Under the pieces are notes generated by a model that had not been told where the DNA came from, did no database searches, and worked only from the letters and a program-made list of their open reading frames with translations. From the NCBI RefSeq assembly GCF_009914755.1, contig NC_060930.1: a DNA stretch of 64,000 nt; one strand, 5' to 3'. The position numbers were made by a program, and so were the translations under genes. Shown here in pieces: positions 53,708-64,000 of this stretch; position 1 is the first letter of the stretch, and each line of letters starts with the position of its first letter. This stretch comes from the human T2T-CHM13v2.0 reference genome, Homo sapiens.

Positions 53708-53915
53708 TAGAGTAATTTTCAGTCAGGGGAAATTTGGCAACATCTGTAGACATTGTTCATTGGCATAATTCTAGTGGAGGAAGAAAAACATGCTACTGGC
53801 ATCTAGAGCAAAAGGTCAGTTGCTCTGCTAAACATTACAATGCATAGGACGGACCACACAACCAAGAACTCTTCACCCCAAAATGTCAATAGTTCTGAGG
53901 TTGATAAATTTTCCT
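53708..53915 (+). mobile_element. MER20 (hAT-Charlie)
   Basis: caggggaaatttggcaacatctgtagacatt..tgctactggcatctag..ccccaaaatgtcaatagttctgaggttga. Confidence 0.85.
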
Positions 53916-54673
53916 ATAGAGATATGGTAAAACAAAAGAAAGCAAAGTAAAGCAGAACAGAACAACAACAACAAAAAAAACACAAACTAATTAGATTTCA
54001 AGATAAAAAAGATTATTTCAGAATTCCCATCTCCAGGCCAGCTTTTATTGTGTATACACCAATTGCAGCATCTTTCTGAAGAAAAATAAGGAGGCTCTTT
54101 ACAGCAGACATCATGTAATAAACAGTATACACTCACAAGGATCATAAGTTTGGGAACTTTTTAGGAAGTTCCTAAAAATAATTTCCCTGCAAGGAAAATT
54201 TGCTGTTAGTATGTTGATATTGTTTTCTGTAGAATTCAGTGTTAAGGTGTCACTTTTTCAAGGACTCTTTTTTTAACATGGCCTTGTTGCTATTTCATCT
54301 TTTTTGAAACCACTCTATGATCACATGACAAGGCAGTTTCAAAGTTTTTGCATGTTAATGCAGTGTGTCTTTGACTAAGGAAGAAAGATAAGAGTGTCCC
54401 ACAATATAACTTGTTAACTAATAGTTACATGCAGTTTTTAAATATTTTTGTTTGTTTGATCTTACAATTTCCAGTACCAAAAATTTTCACAAAAATTAGA
54501 ATTATGACATGGTCTAATCTCCCTAATTCTGTTCATGTTATTCCTCAATTTTTGCAAACCTTTTCTCTAAAAAATAAATGTAATAACATTTCTTCCTAAA
54601 GTCATTATTATTTATCTACCTTAACATTTGTAATGACCATAAACTATTTAACATTTTCTTTTCTTTCCTTCTT

Positions 54674-54691
54674 TGTATGTGTGTGTGTGTG

Positions 54692-54729
<38 letters not shown>

Positions 54730-54832
54730 TTTAGAGACCTAGTCTTGCTCTGTTGCCCAGGCTGGAGTGCAGTGGAAGGATCATAGCTCACTGCAGTTTT
54801 GAAGTCCTCGTCTCAAGGGATCCTTCCACTTT
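54674..54832 (-). mobile_element. AluJ/FLAM-like monomer fragment with a (TG)n tail at 54674-54727
   Basis: tagagacctagtcttgctctgttgcccaggctggagtgcagtgg..atcatagctcactgcag. Confidence 0.85.
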
Positions 54833-55184
54833 AACATGTCATAACACTTCTTGATTAGCATTAAGTACTGCAGCATTTCTTGTTGCAATGTCAATTATTT
54901 ATTCATATGTTAAAGAGCTGATAAAAATCAATACAAAGTTACATTTTTTTGTGGCGATTGTTGATATATATTCATTAAACAAATTCATATATTTCCCTAA
55001 AGTTTTCCTATATGATGTATGTTTGAACAGGATTTTGCAACTATCATTAAAAAGAATGCAGTATTTCAACAGTAATATTGATTCTTTGTTAAAAATTTAG
55101 ACACAATTGTATTACATAAAGATTAAACAACTTAGAATTTTTGAAAATGCATACACATTTTATATACTACTCTTTTTTAAAAAA

Positions 55185-55430
55185 AAATTTTCATTCCATT
55201 CCAGGGGTACATGTGCAGGTTTGTTATATAGGTAAACTCGTGTCACAGGGGTTTGTTGTACAGATTATTTCATCACCCAGATATTAAGCCTAGTACCCAA
55301 GAGTTATTTTTTTCTGCTCCCCTTCCTCCTTGTACCCTCTACCCTCAGGTGGGACCCAGTGTGTGTTGTTCTCCTCTTTGAGTCCACGTGTTCTCGTCAT
55401 CTAGCTCCCACTTATAAGTGAGAACATTCA
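55185..55430 (-). mobile_element. Old L1PA (about L1PA13-16) 3' end
   Basis: ggggtacatgtgcaggtttgttatataggtaaactcgtgtc..gctcccacttataagtgagaacat. Confidence 0.88.
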
Positions 55431-56282
55431 CGTACCACTCATAATCTATCCTTTTACTTCAAGAAAAATTATGAAAAGTTAGCATAAAATTTGTGTACAT
55501 CATTGTTCTTGTATTTCTGTATCTTATTCCATTATTTTCATTTGGCAAGATATTTTTCATCATTTTTATAGTTCATACCAAAATATACTAATTTTTTACA
55601 TATATGTTAAATTATATTTTCCTAGTTTTACTTTATGTTAAATTTAACTTTATGACTAATCCTTATGATGTGTAGAAATTTATTTTTTATGGTCAATTGT
55701 AGAAATCTTAGGCTTTATAATTTTTACTTGTGCATACAAAAATTTTCTTCTCTGTCAAGATTATATATATTGGCCTTATTTTCTTTTGCATCTATTATAG
55801 ATAATCTGAATTAATTTTCACAATAATTATAAGTTAGGTGTTTTTCTTAAAGAAAACACTGGCTTTAAAGAAAAGTTCCATTATGTATGAATTCAAATGA
55901 TTTTCTCAAATATACACTTTCAATTCGCTTATTCTCTCAATTTCCCATGGAAACAGCAAGGTTCATAAAATATAGAAAACCATCTCACTATTATGCCTAA
56001 TTCATCAGACTTCAAAAACATACCTGAAGGTCAGCGCTCTGAAATACATAGGTAGGTACACAGTGTCCTACATAATTTCATGAAATGCCTCATTGTATTT
56101 ACCGATAATAAAAATTTTCCTCAAAAAAATTTAAAAAATAAAGTTTGTTATATAAAAATAGGTGCAGTGAGGGGAGTGTCTGATTTCTCCAAACTTTGTC
56201 TAAACTAGAGATAAGAGAGTATTTGTACTAATGAGATAAGTGCAGACGATAAAGAATAGCATAGTCTGAGACGTATAAGAAA

Positions 56283-57485
56283 TAACAAAACCTGGCAGAG
56301 ACACAGCAAAAAAAGAAAACTTCAGGCCAGTATTTTTGATGCACATTGATGCAAGTATCCTTAAAAAATACTTGAAAACCAAATCTAGCAGCACATCAAA
56401 AAGTTAATTCAACATGATCAAGCAGGCTTCATCCCTGGGATGCAAGGTTGGTTCAACATACACAAATCAATAAATGTGATTCATCACGTAAACAGAACTA
56501 AAGACAAAAACCACACGATTATCTTAACAGATGCAGAAATCCAACATCCCTAAATGTTAAAAACTTTCAATAAATCAGGTATTGAAGGAATATACTTCAA
56601 AATAGTAAGAGTCATCTATGACAAACCCACAGCCAACATTATATATACTGAATGGGCAAAAGCTGGAAACATTCCCCTTGAAAGCCAGCACAAAAATGCC
56701 CTCTCTTACCACTTCTATTCAACATAGTATTGAAAGTCCTAGCCAGAAAAATAAGGCAAGAGAAAGAAATAAAGGGAATCCAAATAGTAAAAGAGAAAGT
56801 CAAACTATCTCTGTTTGCAGACAACATGATTCTATATCTAGAAAACCCCATAGTCTCCACCCAAAAGCTCATTGAACTGATAAGCAACTTCAGAAAAGTT
56901 TCAGGATACAAAATCGATGTACAAAAGTCATTAGCATTCCTGTACACCAACAACAGACAAACCAAGAACCATATCAGATAGGCAATCCCATTCACAGTTG
57001 GCACAAAAGGAATAAAATACCTGGGAATACAGCAAACCAGGGAGATGAAAGATCTCTGTTTACAATGAGAATTACAAAAGGCTGTTCAAATAAATCTGAG
57101 AAGACACAAATGGAAAAACCTCCCATGCTCATGGATAGTAAGAATCAATATCATTAAAATGGTTATACTACCCAAAGCAATTTACAGATGTAATACTATG
57201 ACTATCAAACTACCAATGGCATTCTTCCCAAAACTATTAAATTGGCTATAGTACCCAAAGCAATTTACAGATTTAATACTATGACTATCAAACTACCAAT
57301 GGCATTTTTTCACAAAACTATTATAAAATTCACATGGAACCAAAAAAAAAAAAAAAAAAAGAGCTCCAATCCTAAGCAAAAAGAACAAAACTGGAAGCAT
57401 TCTATTACCTGACTTTATACTACAAGGCAACAGTAACCAAAACAGCATGGTACTAGTGCAAAAACAGGCACATAGACCAATGGAA
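56283..57485 (+). mobile_element. L1PA/PB ORF2 internal fragment (no 3'UTR) with an 83-bp tandem duplication
   Basis: ORF2 peptides (LFADNM). The fragment stops at agaccaatggaa; 57160-57242 is repeated at 57243-57325. Confidence 0.88.
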
Positions 57486-59034
57486 ACACATTCTTATTTG
57501 TTCTTTTATTCAAAACAATATTAATTGAATGACTTCAAAGTATCAGGCCTTCTTAGAGACTACATTTATTAGCAGAATTCTATTCATCATCAGGATTTTT
57601 TTTTTTAGGATTAAGCTCTTCTTCACTTTTGACATTTATCATTATCTTATTCTTTTCCTTATTAATTCTGGAATTTCTAAAATATATTATTAGTCAAATC
57701 TGATGTTTCCTAGAAGTCTACAAAAATATTTTTAATGGCCAATATTTTGTTCAATCTACTTAGTAAAAATGTTCATATCTTTAATTCAGTGGAAAGTACA
57801 TTTTTAAATAGAAGCTTAGAGGAAAAATAATAGACTGAGTCTACAGATTATAGAACCTAAAGTTTAAAAGTATTCAAGAATATGTGGAAACCCATTAACT
57901 TTTAAATATTCAATAATACTGCTATTATGGAAAAAATTTGGTTTTCTCATTTAATGATGGTTGAGTGGAATTATCCTGTATCTGGCTTAGAGTGAGGAAA
58001 GCAATTATCCCATTTTTACTGTAATTTTTCCTCTGCCCCTAATTTATTAGAGAGAGAAAGAGATCTGAACTGGGAAGATTTAAGATTTTTCATCTGAAAA
58101 AAATAGAAGATTGTTATAGATGAATTCTAAACTGTTATCTTTAATATTCTATATGTTTATGCTATGTTTAATAATTAATATCAGTATTAATAATACTGGT
58201 AACACAATTTTTAGTATATAATTCACATTCTTTCATTTAAAACAATACTTACTATGTCTTTCTTTCTGCCAGATACTTTTCTGAGTAGCTATTAACTGGA
58301 TTTTCATAGATGAATGATTTTCATTTGGTTGCAGACAAATGAATTATTCTCTATAAATTGCATAACTGTCAATGGTAAAACTCAGTATTCTGACAATAAA
58401 TTCATGCAATATGCAAATGCATTAATAATTGACTTAATGGTTGTGAATAATGCAAATATTTTACCTTTAAGTACATTCATTAATAGTAAAACAATAGTAA
58501 ATTGGAAATAGGTATTGAAGTAGGTACTTAGTTTTAGAGATGAAATTAATAATTTATATAATCAAAATGACTAATTTGGTTGGCTAGGAAAGGTCAATGA
58601 CCACCTAAGTTCTCACATTTTCTGGGTTATTACTGGAACATATTTTCTCTGGACTTAGAGCTCATTAAAGATGCATAGTCTAAAGTTCTGACATTCAATA
58701 TTTTTTCTCTGATTCAGAGAACTAGTTTACAGCGTTCTTTTTATTTTTTCTTTTTTGAAGCAGATGAAAAAAGAATTCTTGGTCTTTAAAGAACATCAGA
58801 GAGCCTTTTCAAACAAACACGAGTATAATCATTAATAATTAAGCTGTATAGAGAAATCTCATGTATTCAAAATTCTGACACCAAATTTGACTTAAGAATT
58901 TAAAGGGATTCTCACAATCTTATTACTATAATTGATGCACAGAGGGTACTCATTATGTCTACTAAATCTGAACCAGATCCTGATGTCTAAAAATACTTGT
59001 CAAATTGCATGTTATATAAGCCATCATTGTAATT

Positions 59035-59230
59035 AACTCATTTATTCAACAAATCTTATGAAATATCGACTATACACTTTTGCTGAGCATCAAGGCTACC
59101 ATACTTGGGAATAAAAAAGACATAGTCTCTTTTCTCAAGGAATTGACAGTCTAATGAAATATTCATAGACTAATCAAACAGTCACAAGTAATGTCAAATA
59201 TTAACTACATAGATTATAAAATGAATGTAC
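59035..59230 (-). mobile_element. L2 3' end
   Basis: catttattcaacaaatc..aagacatagtctcttttctcaaggaattgacagtctaatg. Confidence 0.7.
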
Positions 59231-59582
59231 AAGGTATTATACATCAGAATAAAAAAAGGAATAAAATATTCTCAAAGTAAATTTAAAGCTTAGAAAACCA
59301 AAAATATCTACCAGTTTTTATTTTTAAAATTTATAATTTTCTATTTATTTCTTATAAATATTTTAAAATTATCAGAAGTATTACATTTATTATCTCAATA
59401 TGGATTCAACATTTAGTTCATCCTGCTTTCAAAAAAACAAATGTCATATCTTAGCTATTGTGAATAATGTTGCAATGAGCATGGGTAAATAGCTGTTTAA
59501 CACACTGATTTCATTTCTTTTGGACATATACCCACGAGTGGGATTGCTGGATCACATAGTAATGCTGTTTTTAAGTTTCTGA

Positions 59583-60004
<422 letters not shown>

Positions 60005-60279
60005 TTTTTTAAATCATACTTTAGTCTGGAATATATGTGCAGAATGTACAGGTTTGTTACATAGGTATACATGTGCTGGAAACCATCATTCTCAGCAAAC
60101 TGACACAGGAACAGAAAACCAAACACCGCATGTTCTCACTCATAAGTGGGAATTGAAAAATGAGAACACATGGACACAGGGAGGGAAACATCACACACTG
60201 GGGCCTGTAGGTTGGGGTGGGGGTCGGGGGCTAGGGGAGGGATAGCATTAGGAGAAATACCTAATGTAGATGACAGATT
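60005..60279 (-). mobile_element. Short 5'-inverted L1PA7/8
   Basis: 60005-60076 is the antisense terminus; 60075-60279 is sense 3'UTR, with GC microhomology at the junction. TSD ttgtc(c/g)tttt at 59685-59694 and 60278-60287. Confidence 0.85.
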
Positions 60280-62210
60280 GTCGTTTTAATAACCATTCAA
60301 ACAGGTGTGTGGTGATACCTTACTTTGGTTTTGATGTATACTACCTGATTTTAGTATGTTGAACATTTTTTATACACCTGTTGCCATTTGTGTGTCTTCT
60401 TTTGAGAAATGTGTATTCAGATCCTTTGCGTAAATTTTTTTTCTGTTGATTTATTTGACTTTCTTATGTATTTTGGATGTTATCTTCTTATCAGATGTGT
60501 GGTTTGCAGTTATTTTCTCCCATTCCCTAGATTGTCTCTTTATTGAAGCCTTCCTTTTCTGTGCAGAAACGTTTTAGTTTTATGTAATCCCATTTGTCTA
60601 TTTTCAGTTTCATTTCATGCAATCTCATCTATTTTTGCTTTTGTTGCTTGTGTTTTTTGATGCCATATCCGAGAAATATCACTATCCAGACCAAAGTCAG
60701 AAGTGTTTTTTTTCTGTTTATTTCTTAGTAGTTTCACAGTTTCAGATCTTACATTTAAGTCTTAAATTCATTTTGAGTTGATTTTTATACGATGTGAGGT
60801 GGTAATATCAATTTATAGATGAATGAAGAAAATGTGGTACATAATGGAATACTAGTTTTTTTAAAAAGAGAAAATACTGCCATTTTGACAACATGGATTA
60901 ACTTGGAGGACATTATACAAAGTGGAATAATAGACACAGACAAAACCATATGATTTCACTTACATGTATAGTATAAAAAAATTGAACTCATAGAAACAGA
61001 AAATAGAATGGTGGTTGCCACAAGCTGGGAGGTAGGGGAAAATGGGGAGATGTTGGTCAAATGATATAAAGTTTGAGTTGTGTAGATTAAATAAGTTCAA
61101 AAGATCTAATACGTGGCATGATGGTTATAGTTGATAATACTGTATTGTATACTTGAAATTTGCTAAGAGTATATAACTTACATGTTGTTACCACAAATAT
61201 GCATATAAAAGGTAACTATATACAGTGATGGATATATTAATTTGCTTAATTGTGGTAATCATTTTATTGTATATGTATATCAAAACATAACATTATATAC
61301 CTTAAATAGATACAATACAATTCTTTAAAATTATACCTCAATAAAGTTGGGAAGAAAAGAAAAAGAAATCATACAAATTAAAAAAAAAAAAAACACCAAG
61401 CATTCAAAGTACAAATTAGTGCAATATATATATAACTGTGTGTGTGCAAGAAATCTGGTTTCACAAATGTAAGAGAAATCCTAAATACATGGCTTTCTAT
61501 ATTATTTCAAAAATTTTTATCTCTTTTCAAGCTATAGGTGGCTTTTCATTATGATATTCTATATAAGGAGGAAAGAAGACTTATGCACAATTATTCTCTG
61601 ATGAGATAGTGGTTTAGTTTACCTTATCTCACTAATAAACTGTAGACAAACAAATGGAACAAAGTATACTATCTCTCTGTATTCTTTCTTGTATACAGGA
61701 AAGAAAAATTGACACCCTGGGAGCAGACATGTATTTAAAACCTGTATTTGACAGTGACTAGGTGCATGATTCTGAGAAAGTTTACAAACAGTGCCTCTGC
61801 TGGTAAAAATTGCAAAATAAATGGTAGTTACTCTTATTGTCATCATTAAAATTATCATCAGTATCATCATTGATGTTAATAATAAGCAATGTTTACTTCA
61901 GCAAATCTGGATAAAATGCAGAATTGATAAGAATGGGCACTTAATTCGCATTTCTTACTACAACAGTGCAGGGGATATGTCCTAGGCACTACACATTTAT
62001 CTAATATTTAACAATGGAATATATTATTTAAATTGGCTATTTACACATATTTTATGCTTTACACCAGTCCACCTAAGGCTTGAAGTTGGTGAGAAGTATT
62101 TAATACTAGATTAAAATCATGTATTAAAAGAAAACATGTAGGGAAATTACAAAGCATTTGATCCTGTGCATGATTAAGGATAACACCAATTTGATTCTAA
62201 TATATATATA

Positions 62211-62603
<393 letters not shown>

Positions 62604-62809
62604 TAACGCATTTTAGAAACCAGTATTTGTCAACATCTCTCAATACGGAGTGAGAGTATACATCAAAACAAAATTTAGTATAATACATTTTATAAAGTCA
62701 ACACATGATTCAATAATAAACATCTATCTGTTAAACTGACACTCTCTAAGTGTAAATTTAATTCTCTATATTGAAAAGAATGGGTTTCTTGCCATTAATT
62801 TATCTATTT

Positions 62810-63090
62810 GATGACTTAATGTGTATTAAACAAATAGTTGTTGAAGACATTCTAGGTGTCAAGCATGGTATTATATATCACACACACAAATAAATATAAG
62901 AATTGTATCCTTTTGCAAGAAATTCACTGTCCAGTGAAAGGAGAGTTAAATAAGAAAATAAACATAATGCAATACTGGAAAGAATGAAGGAATCACTTGG
63001 TAGCACAATATGCTTACACCTAAGAAAAATGGAAGTAGAAGAAAAAGCTGTCTGAAGAGTGATATCTGAAAGAAGTCTCAAGTGATTTAT
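62810..63090 (-). mobile_element. L2 fragment
   Basis: aacaaatagttgttgaagacattctaggtgtcaagcatgg..gaagagtgatatctgaaagaagtctcaag. Confidence 0.65.
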
Positions 63091-63214
63091 TTGGAAAACT
63101 ATTTCTAAAAACTAGAATTTAGTTAAGAATTATAAAGAAAATTATAACATATGGTAAGAATTTTGCATAAAAATGTAATTTACAAAAGCGGTATCTTAAG
63201 AGCAATAAAAAATA

Positions 63215-63850
63215 AATTATCTTCCTTTTCCAGCCATAATGTTATAATAGAGACCAGATTTAACCTTCTGCTCTAAACAACTAGAAAACTGACCAGTACA
63301 ACTAAAACAAGGGTTTTATGTTTTGGACAACAGACTAGAAATGACAGTGAACTCTTTGATTACCCCATCATACTGTCTGGAGAAAGTCTCTGGTCTTCTG
63401 CACAGATTGTGGGAACACAAATGGAACATGGCATTCTCCATGAGTAGAGAAGATAGATTTGAGAATTCAGGAAGGCCAAAATAAATAGAATTTTCTGTGT
63501 ACAGTACCAGAGAAAAGTGAGTTGCAGAGGTCTCCAGAAATCTGCAGAGGATTAGCCTTAAGTCTTCAACTGAACACTGATCATAATAATTATGTGAGGA
63601 AACTATGGGGTTTGGAAAAAACCACCAGAAAAGAACAGACCCAACAGAAAACTGATAAGAATGGAAAGCATATAGCTGAGAAATGTGAGCAGAGGAAAGT
63701 AAGACCCATGATGGACAAGAAGGCCTAGGAAACAGAGCTAGTGAAGGAAGATGAACATGAAAAAGAGACCAGAAATTAACATCTAAAGGGAGGAGAAAAA
63801 TCAGTGAGCATAGTGCCAAGACCTTTCCCTAGTCAAACGTAATAGTTTAA
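63215..63850 (+). mobile_element. L1M 5' region remnant
   Basis: cttccttttccagccataatg..agagaccagatttaaccttctgctctaaacaactagaaaactgac. Confidence 0.55.
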
Positions 63851-63857
63851 AATACAG

Positions 63858-64000
63858 CTTCTCTCTCTGGGCAGCGCATCTCTGAAAGAAAGGCAGCAGC
63901 CCCAGTCAGGGACTTACAGATAAAATTCCCATCTCCCTGGGACAGAGCACTTAAGGGAAGGGGCAGCTGTGGGCAGCTTCAGCAGACTTAAATGTTCCTG
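63858..64000 (+). mobile_element. L1PA8-like 5'UTR fragment running off the window
   Basis: ctgggcagcgcatctctgaaagaaaggcagcagccccagtcagggacttacagataaaa..cttcagcagacttaaatgttcctg. Confidence 0.8.

Overview
AT-rich, gene-poor primate genomic DNA. AluY, L1PA2 and LTR12 elements point to human or another great ape. It is probably intergenic or part of a very long intron. I recognise no protein-coding exon, RNA gene or processed pseudogene; the longer ORFs in the track are fragments of L1 ORF2, Alu or LTR12. Much of the window is transposon-derived: about 12 Alus, about 17 L1 pieces from L1M to L1PA2, solo LTRs (THE1, LTR12, MER4D, MER57-like, older ERVL/ERV1), MER5A/MER20/MER58A/Charlie DNA transposons, and L2/MIR relics. 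Main observations: (1) a 233-bp insertion inside an Alu (47156-47388) built from locally copied DNA, including the unique inversion junction of an L1 1.47 kb away; (2) two neighbouring L1PA4 copies sharing rare variants; (3) six 5'-inverted (twin-primed) L1s of very different ages; (4) a minus-strand LTR12 promoter followed by a chain of candidate minus-strand exons, a microexon and two recursive-splice-like AG|GTAAG sites; (5) several template-switch-like micro-palindromes; (6) a strong CTCF motif. Repeat subfamily names come from recalled consensus features, and boundaries of old repeats are approximate.
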